Shown here: positions 1 through 8,504 of the stretch, one piece after another | Layout of the letters: every line of letters starts with the position of its first letter | Position numbering within the stretch: the first letter of the stretch is position 1 | DNA from: Nitrospirota bacterium | Lineage (GTDB): Bacteria > Nitrospirota > UBA9217 | Length of the DNA stretch: 64,000 bases | Direction: 5' to 3' | Assembly (NCBI GenBank): GCA_963845065.1 | Contig: CAWJQQ010000008.1 | Coordinates: forward strand, 384,001 to 448,000 | Made by a program: the position numbers and the translations under genes | Notes under the pieces: generated by a model | Databases searched by the model: none | What the model was told of the DNA's origin: nothing | The model's input: only the letters and a program-made list of their open reading frames with translations

Positions 1-1095
1 AACCGGTTTCTTTTCCAGATATTCTCCGTCATCGGTCTGCTGATCGCATTGGCTGCCGGAGTACAAAGCTACTTTCATAAGACCATGAAGCCGTTTCAGG
101 CAATCGCACCGATCGTCGCCATGGGGCTCCTTGTTGTTGTCGCTTTCTCCGTTCAGAACATCGAAGATCTTCGAAGAGCAATCTTTGCTTTGATGCTGTT
201 CTCGGTAGTTGTAGGACTTCCCGAAGGGCTCATGGGTTTTGCCGCAAGATTCCTCTCGAAATTATTTCGTATAGCTCCCGCTACATTGGCCGAACCATCT
301 TCGTTGGACATGGTCCTGCCCAAAAAAGATGCTGATGGGGGCCCCCTGCTCGAGCTTCAAGAGTTGAAACGCAATTTCGGCGGGGTGCGGGCAATTGACG
401 GTGTTTCCCTGGTAGTGCATTCCGGCCATATCCACGGGCTGATCGGTCCGAACGGCTCCGGCAAGAGCACACTTGTGAATGTCATTTCAGGTTTGTACAC
501 TCCGAGCGGAGGAACCATGCTGCTCCGAGGCAGGCCGCTTCCCGTAGGCAGTCTCTTCAATGCCGCACGAACGGGGATCTCGCGGACATTTCAGAATTTA
601 CAGATCTTTTCGGAGCTGACCGCGCTGGACAACATTATGGTGGCCATGAAGGATACGTACCATAAATCCCTTCCATTGGTGATGTTCGGTTTTGCTCGCG
701 GGGAGGAGCGCTGCGGCCAGTCCAGAGCCCTAACCCTGCTTGAGCTGGTGGGGTTGCATGACGAGGCACGTACGCCGGCCAAGGACCTTCCTTACGGTGC
801 TCAGCGTTTTCTCGAGATAGCCCGTGCTTTGGCTTGCCGTCCCGACCTCTTGATCCTTGATGAACCAGCTGCAGGGCTCGCCCATCCCGACGTCAAGAAG
901 TTGGTCGAGATCATACGGAACATACATAGGACCGGAATCACAACGATCCTGATTGAACATCATATGGATGTTGTGAGTGAGCTCTGCGACGTGGTAACGG
1001 TCCTGGACGGTGGTCTTGTAATCGCGGAGGGGCGACCGGAAGATGTGAAGCGGCATCCCAAGGTCATCGCGGCTTATCTGGGAGCAACTGCATGA
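1..1095 (+). CDS. Branched-chain amino acid ABC transporter, fused permease (LivM-like) and ATPase (LivG-like); 5' end outside window
   Basis: Frame open from base 1; hydrophobic segments with the LPEGLMG permease tail, then Walker A GPNGSGKST, ISRTFQN, LILDEPAAG, IEHHMD. Confidence 0.9.
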   Translation, partial: NRFLFQIFSVIGLLIALAAGVQSYFHKTMKPFQAIAPIVAMGLLVVVAFSVQNIEDLRRAIFALMLFSVVVGLPEGLMGFAARFLSKLFRIAPATLAEPSSLDMVLPKKDADGGPLLELQELKRNFGGVRAIDGVSLVVHSGHIHGLIGPNGSGKSTLVNVISGLYTPSGGTMLLRGRPLPVGSLFNAARTGISRTFQNLQIFSELTALDNIMVAMKDTYHKSLPLVMFGFARGEERCGQSRALTLLELVGLHDEARTPAKDLPYGAQRFLEIARALACRPDLLILDEPAAGLAHPDVKKLVEIIRNIHRTGITTILIEHHMDVVSELCDVVTVLDGGLVIAEGRPEDVKRHPKVIAAYLGATA

Positions 1096-1164
1096 ATAGA
1101 AAACGTAGAAAGGAGCTGCCTTCTATAATACGAATGAATTTATCTACGACAGGGGAAATCGCCT

Positions 1165-1881
1165 ATGCTGATCGTCGATAACATCTATGCGGGATATGGC
1201 GCCAGTGAGGTTCTGGTCGGAACCTCGCTTCAGCTGAAGGCAGGGGCCTTGGTCGCTTTGATCGGCCCGAATGGCGCTGGCAAAACCACGACCATGCGCG
1301 CCATCTCCGGCCTTGTGAAGCCAACGAAGGGACGGGTGTTGCTTGATAACAAGCCGGTGCAAGGAATGGATGCGTCGCAAATCGCAAGGCTTGGTCTCGC
1401 TCATGTGCCGGAAGGCCGGCGGGTGTTCGGGCCGCTGACCGTCGAGGATAACCTGTTATTGGGGGGATATCGCCGTTTACCAAGGTTCTTCGGATTCCTC
1501 AAGAAGGCCGCACGCGACCTTGAGCGGGTATATGAGCTGTTCCCCCGTTTGCTGGAACGGCGCCACCAGTCAGCCGGAACGCTTTCAGGCGGTGAACAGC
1601 AGATGCTTGCAATCGGCCGTGCCTTGATGTCCGACCCCAAGGTGATCCTGATGGACGAGCCTTCCATGGGGTTGGCTCCAGTCATCGTGGAGGAGGTTTT
1701 CGCTACCATCAAGCGCCTCAAAGAGACCGGCATACCCTTGCTTCTCGTCGAGCAAATGACCAGGAAGGCTTTGGAAGTGGCTGAATACGTCTACGTCATG
1801 GAGCATGGAAGGGTCGTTATCCAAGGGAACCCGGCGGAACTCCAAAAGAACGAGCGTGTGATCGCGGCATATCTCGGCTGA
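1165..1881 (+). CDS. livF: Branched-chain amino acid ABC transporter ATP-binding protein
   Basis: GPNGAGKTT, HVPEGRRVF, LSGGEQQMLAIGRALM, DEPSMGLAP. Confidence 0.92.
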   Translation: MLIVDNIYAGYGASEVLVGTSLQLKAGALVALIGPNGAGKTTTMRAISGLVKPTKGRVLLDNKPVQGMDASQIARLGLAHVPEGRRVFGPLTVEDNLLLGGYRRLPRFFGFLKKAARDLERVYELFPRLLERRHQSAGTLSGGEQQMLAIGRALMSDPKVILMDEPSMGLAPVIVEEVFATIKRLKETGIPLLLVEQMTRKALEVAEYVYVMEHGRVVIQGNPAELQKNERVIAAYLG

Positions 1882-1916
1882 CGGGAACGACGATGTCTTG
1901 ACCGGCCTGAAAGGGA

Positions 1917-1945
1917 TTGACTTTACCGGAAGAAGTGCTTATAGT
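1917..1945 (+). promoter_or_regulatory. Sigma-70-type promoter, probably leaderless transcript
   Basis: TTGACT-17 bp-TATAGT, ATG 8 nt downstream, no SD. Confidence 0.6.
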
Positions 1946-1953
1946 GATTTCAA

Positions 1954-2280
1954 ATGACGCTTAAGCCAAGGTCAATCATATTCATTCTTGCTTTTGCTCT
2001 TCTCATCCAGAACACCTGCCCATTCGGAGCGGCTGGCAAATCCACGGTTGGCGTATCGTGCGAAAACTGTCCAATGCATCACAGCATCGCCGTAACGACC
2101 GATGGGCAGAAAGACCTCGTGTCAGATTCTTCCTCTATTCACTTTCCTCTTTACGTCTTCGCTGTTCCGAAGACGATCCATACATTCCAGTTCGATCCTA
2201 TCAAGTCCATGCGACCCGTCCTTGCCGATAACTACAAAGACGTTTCGCCGGACGAACTTCTGAGACCTCCCCGAGCCTGA
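1954..2280 (+). CDS. Small exported hypothetical protein with CxxCPMHH and C-terminal RPP (DUF2946-like)
   Basis: Hydrophobic N-terminus, SCENCPMHH, ends LLRPPRA. Confidence 0.65.
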   Translation: MTLKPRSIIFILAFALLIQNTCPFGAAGKSTVGVSCENCPMHHSIAVTTDGQKDLVSDSSSIHFPLYVFAVPKTIHTFQFDPIKSMRPVLADNYKDVSPDELLRPPRA

Positions 2281-2481
2281 TCTCCCTTGCGGTATAAAAA
2301 TACACGACTGCGACACAGAAAAGCATTCGACACGGATATACACGAAAAAAGTTGATGTAAAGACTGATTAGTAATCAGGTTAATCATGCTTCAATCAGTG
2401 TCCCTGCGTGTCAAGGATTCCTCATTTTTCTCATTGTCGCAGTGGTTTCGTCTTACCATTTTTTTCAGGGAGGTCACAATT

Positions 2482-3675
2482 ATGAACACGCAAAAGACGC
2501 TTCTTCGGAGCGCGCTTGTCCTTTACTTTGTCATTGCTTTTGAAGTGCTGATCATGATCAGCCCCTTTGCTGGGTTTTTTTACTCGGTCTTTAACCCCAT
2601 ACTGCTCAAACTTGCGAGTAATTCTTCAACACGGTGGCTGAGCGCTTTTTACTTGCCTCATATGGTCCTGCCGCAGGACTGGTTCCTGCAGTTCGTACGA
2701 GTCATGGGATCGGTCCTGTTCGTCGTCGGGATGGTCATTTTCCTTGTTTGTGCCGCCCAGATCTATATCGCCAAGTTCAAGAGAAAGGGCGCCGTGCTTG
2801 GCGGTCTTTACTCTGCCATCCGTCATCCCCAGTATCTCGCTCTTGGACTAGCCGGTCTCGGGCTCTCAATCATGTGGCCAAGGTTTCTGACGATCGTGCT
2901 ATGGCTCGTCATGGCGTTAGTCTATTATTTCCTTGCCAAAGACGAAGAGCGGAGAATGCTGAATGCCCATGAAGAGACGTATCGCAAGTACATGAGCAAG
3001 ACCGGGATGTTTTTACCGAGAGGTCTTGAAAAATCACTGACACCATCATCAACTTTTGGGAAAATCGTTTTCGCTGTAGGCTTTGCAGCGGCTGTTATTG
3101 GCACAGCATTCCTGCTTCGTACGTATACCATTAGTCAGCTTACAACCTGGACAAAAGCGCAAAACATTACCGCCGTCGCCATCCTTCCCGAGGACGCATT
3201 CATGATGGACCATAGAATGTCCGACGTGCTTGCATTGAAAGAAATTAAGGAGCGGATTCAGGACAATAAACAGTATCTTGTCTACTTCATACCACAATAC
3301 TACATCATGCAGGGAATGATCGCAGACACCGGGGGGGACTGGAAACTTTTTAATCAACATCACTCGATGGCGATGATCATGGACTGGATATTCAACCCCT
3401 TCGGTCATCTGCGCGCAGGGCACCATGCAATGCACGACGGCATGCAAATGCAGAATCAAAACACTGCGGGTATGGAAAGCGGCATGATCAGGAGGCTGAT
3501 CTTCATTTCGATTGAGGATGTTCCGGTGAAAAATCCTTCCGACTTGTTCTCAATTAATGCTCTTCGCGTGCCGCAGTTCATGGCCGATGTGGACGTGCAC
3601 AACCTGCAGTTGATCGAGGTCAAAGAGTTGCCTCACGGCAGCGGGTGGGGAACCGTGCCCACTCCGGTGTTCTGA
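2482..3675 (+). CDS. Membrane protein, isoprenylcysteine carboxyl methyltransferase / PEMT family, with His/Met-rich C-terminal domain
   Basis: GGAGG SD before ATG 2482; GLYSAIRHPQY and EERRML motifs; multiple TM helices; HHAMHDGMQM. Confidence 0.8.
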   Translation: MNTQKTLLRSALVLYFVIAFEVLIMISPFAGFFYSVFNPILLKLASNSSTRWLSAFYLPHMVLPQDWFLQFVRVMGSVLFVVGMVIFLVCAAQIYIAKFKRKGAVLGGLYSAIRHPQYLALGLAGLGLSIMWPRFLTIVLWLVMALVYYFLAKDEERRMLNAHEETYRKYMSKTGMFLPRGLEKSLTPSSTFGKIVFAVGFAAAVIGTAFLLRTYTISQLTTWTKAQNITAVAILPEDAFMMDHRMSDVLALKEIKERIQDNKQYLVYFIPQYYIMQGMIADTGGDWKLFNQHHSMAMIMDWIFNPFGHLRAGHHAMHDGMQMQNQNTAGMESGMIRRLIFISIEDVPVKNPSDLFSINALRVPQFMADVDVHNLQLIEVKELPHGSGWGTVPTPVF

Positions 3676-3745
3676 AAGGACTGCTTTCTAATTAGCGGAG
3701 AGGCAGAGGGAGCCCGAAACATCTGCCTACGAAAAGGAGAAAATA

Positions 3746-4540
3746 ATGAAGAAACGATTTATTTTAACAGCATTGGCAACCATCCTGATATTGGGGATGT
3801 TGTTTGCCTCAACATATGCGGCCATTGTAGGATCGAAGAAAGAGGGTCTGGTCGAGTACGTCGGAGCTCAGAAAACTATCTTTGTGACCGGCAAGGCTCT
3901 GAGCGTCGTATCTTTGGAAGACATGACAGGCCGTAAGGGATTGTATGCCATGGGGCCTATAGACGGCTTTGACGGGGAGATTACGATCTTTGACTCTAAA
4001 CCCTTCATCACCAAGGTGCGGGGTAAAGACTTTGTCATGGACAACACGTTTAGGCACGGCGCGTTTTTTCTTGTCTGGACGGAGCAATCGAAATGGAAGG
4101 ACGTCCCCGTTCCCCCTTCGGTCAGGGGCTACGTTGATCTGCAGCAATTCGTCAAAGAACAGGCGCAAGCATCGGGGATCGATGTAGCAAAGCCCTTCCC
4201 GTTCCTGCTCGCAGGGACACCAGTAGAGATCAAATGGCACATCAATGTCGACCGTACTGAAGGGAAGCCCATTACGAAAGAACTGTTCGTCAAATCAAAG
4301 GAGCACTTTATCACAAAAGATGAGCCCGCCGATATCATCGGCTTCTATTCCGACCATCATGGTGGCGTGTTCATCGCAGACTATGCTCCCGCAATCAAGA
4401 AAGGTTCGGGAATAAAGAATGTGATTCATATTCATTTTGTGTCGCGCGTAAGCAAGGCTGCCGGGCATATTGATGACCTGACGCTCGGGGAAGGGATGGT
4501 TTTGAAATTACCGCAGCAGCAGGAAGATGCACAAAACTAG
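3746..4540 (+). CDS. Exported alpha-acetolactate decarboxylase-like protein
   Basis: Signal peptide; GFDGEI, IIGFYS, HIHFVS...AGHI His-triad motif; AGGAG SD. Confidence 0.75.
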   Translation: MKKRFILTALATILILGMLFASTYAAIVGSKKEGLVEYVGAQKTIFVTGKALSVVSLEDMTGRKGLYAMGPIDGFDGEITIFDSKPFITKVRGKDFVMDNTFRHGAFFLVWTEQSKWKDVPVPPSVRGYVDLQQFVKEQAQASGIDVAKPFPFLLAGTPVEIKWHINVDRTEGKPITKELFVKSKEHFITKDEPADIIGFYSDHHGGVFIADYAPAIKKGSGIKNVIHIHFVSRVSKAAGHIDDLTLGEGMVLKLPQQQEDAQN

Positions 4541-4567
4541 GTAACGTTCCGATTGATGTTCTGTTGC

Positions 4568-4596
4568 AAGGGCGGCCTTCTGTGGCCGCCCTTTTT
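4568..4596 (+). terminator. Rho-independent terminator
   Basis: AAGGGCGGCC-loop-GGCCGCCCTT followed by T run. Confidence 0.85.
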
Positions 4597-4741
4597 GATT
4601 ACGTCATTTACCGGGTTTCCGTGCAAAGCCGACGGTATTAACCATGGGGAGAGGTCAGCTGCTATTCCCGTACTCCAATAAGGTCATCGGCGCATGCATT
4701 TGCAATAACAACTGAATTTTTTGCTTTTTTAGAGGAGTGCA

Positions 4742-4770
4742 TTGCCTGGAATAAAAAATGCTGTTATAAT
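4742..4770 (+). promoter_or_regulatory. Sigma-70 promoter with extended -10
   Basis: TTGCCT-17 bp-TATAAT with TGn; ATG at 4781. Confidence 0.65.
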
Positions 4771-4780
4771 CAAGACCACT

Positions 4781-5398
4781 ATGCAGAGTGATGAACGTCT
4801 TAATACCGCCTCACATTTTATTGGTGCAGCATTAGCGCTGGCAGGCCTCGTCGTTCTCGTCGTCCATGCGAGTGCGCAAGGAGATCCTTGGAAGATCGTC
4901 AGTTTCAGTGTTTACGGCATCACGCTGACAGCGCTTTATTTTTTTTCGACCCTCTATCACGCAAGTAGAGGTAAAGCCAAAGCCATTTTCCAAAAACTCG
5001 ATCATTCCGCCATTTATTTCCTCATAGCAGGCACATATACTCCGTTTACACTCGTTACCTTACGAGGCGCCTGGGGATGGTCCATCTTCGGAACAATCTG
5101 GGGGCTGGCAATCATCGGGGTCCTGCAGGATATCCTTATGACTACGAAGAGGAGAATTCTCTCGGTAGTCATTTATCTGCTCATGGGCTGGCTTGTCACC
5201 ATTGCCATCCGTCCGCTCGTACGCGCCCTCCCGCTTGCTGGACTTACTTGGGTGGTTGCCGGTGGTTTGTTCTATACTGTGGGCGTTATTTTCTATTCCT
5301 TGGACAAAAAAATACGCTACGGACATGGGATATTCCATTTTTTTGTGCTTGCCGGAAGCATTTGCCACTATTTCGCAATAATCTTGTATGTCCTCTAG
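4781..5398 (+). CDS. Hemolysin III / PAQR family membrane protein
   Basis: ERLNTASH, STLYH, LDHSAIYFLIAGTYTP, HGIFHFFVLAGSICHY. Confidence 0.92.
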   Translation: MQSDERLNTASHFIGAALALAGLVVLVVHASAQGDPWKIVSFSVYGITLTALYFFSTLYHASRGKAKAIFQKLDHSAIYFLIAGTYTPFTLVTLRGAWGWSIFGTIWGLAIIGVLQDILMTTKRRILSVVIYLLMGWLVTIAIRPLVRALPLAGLTWVVAGGLFYTVGVIFYSLDKKIRYGHGIFHFFVLAGSICHYFAIILYVL

Positions 5399-5464
5399 CT
5401 TTTTACGACCTTCCACACCGCTGCCATGCTGATCAAAATAAAATTAGCGACCCCAAAAAATTGC

Positions 5465-5513
5465 TTGACATTATTTATTTTATATGTATCCTAATAACTA
5501 TACTTAGTATGGT
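5465..5513 (+). promoter_or_regulatory. Putative promoter and palindromic operator of the HTH-pilM operon
   Basis: TTGACA 5465-5470, TATCCT 5487-5492, inverted repeat ACTATACT-t-AGTATGGT 5497-5513. Confidence 0.5.
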
Positions 5514-5544
5514 CAATAGTAGCAGACTATCCAATGAGGGCAAC

Positions 5545-5745
5545 ATGGTCACCAGCAAGAATCTGAAAAGATATAAAACCAGCGAGATCTGCAATCGTTT
5601 CGATATCTCTCGTGCTACTCTTTTCCGTTGGGAAAGCGAGGGGCTCCTGCGTGGAGTACAGCGTGACTGGCGCGGCTGGAGAGTTTATTCTGAGAATAAC
5701 TTGCAAACTATAGAGAAGATCATAAAAAGCAAAAACGCCGGTTGA
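5545..5745 (+). CDS. Stand-alone MerR-type helix-turn-helix protein (66 aa)
   Basis: GAGGG SD; YKTSEICNRFDISRATLFRWESEGLL...RDWRGWRVYS fits MerR HTH pattern. Confidence 0.85.
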   Translation: MVTSKNLKRYKTSEICNRFDISRATLFRWESEGLLRGVQRDWRGWRVYSENNLQTIEKIIKSKNAG

Positions 5746-5775
5746 TACGGCGTATTTCCAGCTTTTGGAGACAGG

Positions 5776-6828
5776 ATGTTTTTTTCAAAAAAAATTGAAC
5801 CCATTGCACTTGATATCGGATCGACCTTTATCAAGCTCGTTCAACTGAAGGGCTCGAACAGGAACTATCACCTGGTGAAATTCGGCATGATACCGCTGCC
5901 GCCTGAGGTGATTGTGGAAGGGGCGGTTATGGACGCCGGGCGGGTCGTTGACGCCATCAAGGAGCTCCTTATCGCACAAAAAGTGACGACCAAAGAAGTC
6001 GTCATATCCGTATCCGGAAGCTCGGTGATCATAAAACGGGTATCTGTTGCTGACATGACCGATGAAGAACTTGCCGAATCCATCAAATGGGAGGCCGAGC
6101 AGTATATTCCTTTCTCGATTGACGATGTAAACGTTGATTTTCAGAGATTGGGATCCGGCGCAGCTGAAGGACAAGCCGATGTCCTTCTGGTTGCAGTCAA
6201 AAAAGATAAGATCAATGATTATGTAAACCTGGCTAAAGAGGCAGGGCTGGAGCCCGTCGTGATGGATGTTGATGCTTTTGCCCTGGCAAACATGTACGAA
6301 CTGAATTACGATGTCGAAGCAGGAACAACGGCACTGCTTAATATCGGCGCTTCAGTGATGAACATCAATATTCTGAAGGACGGAACTTCGATTTTCACGC
6401 GTGACGTAACTGTGGGCGGCAACCGGTATATCGAGGCGCTTCAGAGGGATTTCGGCCTCACCTACGAAGATGCTAAAAAAGTTCAGCGGGGAGAGGATGT
6501 TGAAGGGCCAGACAAGGAACAGATTGCGGGCGTTATGTCATCGGTTACCGAAGATATGGTTGCAGAAACTCAGCGTTCATTTGAATTTTTTCGATCCACA
6601 ACAGGCAGTGAGAAAGTGTCCCATGTCCTCGTCGCTGGCGGGTGTGCGCGGATCGGGCATTTCGCGACGATGCTGTCCGAGCGTCTCGAGGTTCCCGTGG
6701 AGGTAGCGAACCCCTTCAAAAATATCAAAATAGATACTAAAAAGTTTGATACATCGATTATTGAAGATTCATCCCCGCTGTGTGCCATTGCCGTGGGGTT
6801 GGCGATCAGGAGGCCTGGAGACAGATGA
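5776..6828 (+). CDS. pilM: Type IV pilus assembly protein PilM
   Basis: Actin-like ALDIGS, WEAEQYIPF, MDVDAFAL, AVGLA. Confidence 0.95.
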   Translation: MFFSKKIEPIALDIGSTFIKLVQLKGSNRNYHLVKFGMIPLPPEVIVEGAVMDAGRVVDAIKELLIAQKVTTKEVVISVSGSSVIIKRVSVADMTDEELAESIKWEAEQYIPFSIDDVNVDFQRLGSGAAEGQADVLLVAVKKDKINDYVNLAKEAGLEPVVMDVDAFALANMYELNYDVEAGTTALLNIGASVMNINILKDGTSIFTRDVTVGGNRYIEALQRDFGLTYEDAKKVQRGEDVEGPDKEQIAGVMSSVTEDMVAETQRSFEFFRSTTGSEKVSHVLVAGGCARIGHFATMLSERLEVPVEVANPFKNIKIDTKKFDTSIIEDSSPLCAIAVGLAIRRPGDR

Positions 6829-7373
6829 TAAAAATTAATCTTCTGCCAACCAAGAAAAAGGCCGCCAAAAAGGTTATTGATCTTCAGCAGCAGCTGCTTT
6901 TCGCTGTGCTCGTGATCATCTTTAGCTTGATCATCATGTGGTTTTTCTTGAACAAACAGCAAAAAATGATCGCCCGCCTTCAAAAAGAAAAAATCACCGC
7001 GGAAGGACGCGTTCGAGAACAAGACAATATGTTGAAAGAAGTCAAGAATGTAGAGGAAGAGCGGAAAAAGGTAGCTGAAAAAATTGACGTTATCGAAAGA
7101 CTCAAAAAAAATCAAGCCGGGCCCGTGCGGCTGCTTGATGAAGTGAGCAAGGCGCTTCCCCAAGGCGTAAATATATCATCACTTACTGAGAGCAATAATA
7201 GTATAAGCATCGACGGAATGGCTTTCACCAATGATGATGTGGTGAGGTTTGTCGATAACTTGAAAGCCTCCCGCTTTTTATCGGATGTCGCATTACTGGA
7301 AACAAGCCAGGCGACTCAGGAAAGCACAACTATTTATCGGTATCGTCTGCAGTTTGCTTACAAGGGATTATAA
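6825..7373 (+). CDS. pilN: Type IV pilus assembly protein PilN
   Basis: MIKINLLP N-terminus, TM helix, coiled coil; ATGA overlap with pilM. Confidence 0.93.
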   Translation: MIKINLLPTKKKAAKKVIDLQQQLLFAVLVIIFSLIIMWFFLNKQQKMIARLQKEKITAEGRVREQDNMLKEVKNVEEERKKVAEKIDVIERLKKNQAGPVRLLDEVSKALPQGVNISSLTESNNSISIDGMAFTNDDVVRFVDNLKASRFLSDVALLETSQATQESTTIYRYRLQFAYKGL

Positions 7374-7984
7374 TGGCTTCCTATTTAGATAAAATACAAA
7401 AGATCCCTCAAAAAACCAGACTGATAGCATTTGTTGTCGTCATCGTCTTGATCGTGATCGCTTATATTATTCAGTTTCAAATCCCGATGAAGACGCAAAT
7501 AGAGAATTTGGAAAAGTCGTTATCCGATTCACATACAAAAATACTTGATAATGACAATAAAATTAAAAAGCTCGACGACCTTAAAATCGAAGTAAAAACG
7601 TTGCAGCAGCGGTTGGTTATCCTGACACAGCAACTCCCTCCTGAATCTGAGGTCTCAGGCCTCTTGCGGCAAATACAAAATCTGGTGAATCAATCTGGTC
7701 TCGTACTCAAGCTCTGGAAACCCGATAAGCGGAGATTGCATTCAAGCGGATTGTATGAGGAAATACCTATTAATCTTGTGCTGACCGGCGGTTACCATAA
7801 TACGGCTGCTTTTTTTGACCGAGTCGGCAAGTTGACGCGCATCGTGAACATTCTCAATATAAAGATGGTCGGTGCAAAAATGGCTGCGAATGGTTCAATG
7901 GATATCAATATCAATTGTACGGCCATGACGTTTTCGGCTGTGGAGAAAAAAGTTGAGGCAGGTCAGACGAATAAAAACAATTAG
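7373..7984 (+). CDS. pilO: Type IV pilus assembly protein PilO
   Basis: TM plus coiled coil, QLPPESEVSGLL, GGYH...LTRIVN; operon position. Confidence 0.92.
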   Translation: MASYLDKIQKIPQKTRLIAFVVVIVLIVIAYIIQFQIPMKTQIENLEKSLSDSHTKILDNDNKIKKLDDLKIEVKTLQQRLVILTQQLPPESEVSGLLRQIQNLVNQSGLVLKLWKPDKRRLHSSGLYEEIPINLVLTGGYHNTAAFFDRVGKLTRIVNILNIKMVGAKMAANGSMDININCTAMTFSAVEKKVEAGQTNKNN

Positions 7985-8504
7985 TAGCGCAGCCTTCTTC
8001 TTGATTATTTTAACGTCATTTGGAGCGGTCTTGTTGGGCTGCTCAGAGTCGGCGAAGGCTCCCAACACCTCCGTAGCGATAACCCAAAAAACGGTTCAAA
8101 AACCTATTACGCAGGGGACGGCTACGGCTATCGAAACGCCACCGCCTCAGGAATATAGCTATAATCCTCAGGGGAGGCGCGATCCCTTTGCTCCGATTAT
8201 TGTTCGGGCAGAGCAGAAAGCCCGAGGCGGAAATTTATCGCCCTTGGAACGATATGATTTGAGCCAGTTTAAATTTACGGGAGTTTTGTGGGGTGGTTAC
8301 GGCTATAATGCAATGGTTGAAGGCCCTGACGGGAAGGGCTATTTTATCAGGGTTGGAACCATAATAGGACCCAATAAAGGCGTCGTGAAAAAAATAACTC
8401 AGCAAACGATGGTGGTCGAAGAAAAATATAAAACATTTTCAGGGGAAACTGAGCATAAGGAAATAGTCATAGAGCTCCAGAAAAAACAGGAGGGGATGCA
8501 ATGA
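7953..8504 (+). CDS. pilP: Type IV pilus lipoprotein PilP (start uncertain)
   Basis: Lipobox LLGC, YNPQGRRDPF, PLERYDLSQ. Confidence 0.9.
   Translation: MRQVRRIKTISSAAFFLIILTSFGAVLLGCSESAKAPNTSVAITQKTVQKPITQGTATAIETPPPQEYSYNPQGRRDPFAPIIVRAEQKARGGNLSPLERYDLSQFKFTGVLWGGYGYNAMVEGPDGKGYFIRVGTIIGPNKGVVKKITQQTMVVEEKYKTFSGETEHKEIVIELQKKQEGMQ

Noticed and set aside
5077..5544. N-terminal 156 codons of the 222-aa ORF
   Set aside because: Overlaps the hemolysin III gene and the promoter; the real start is ATG 5545
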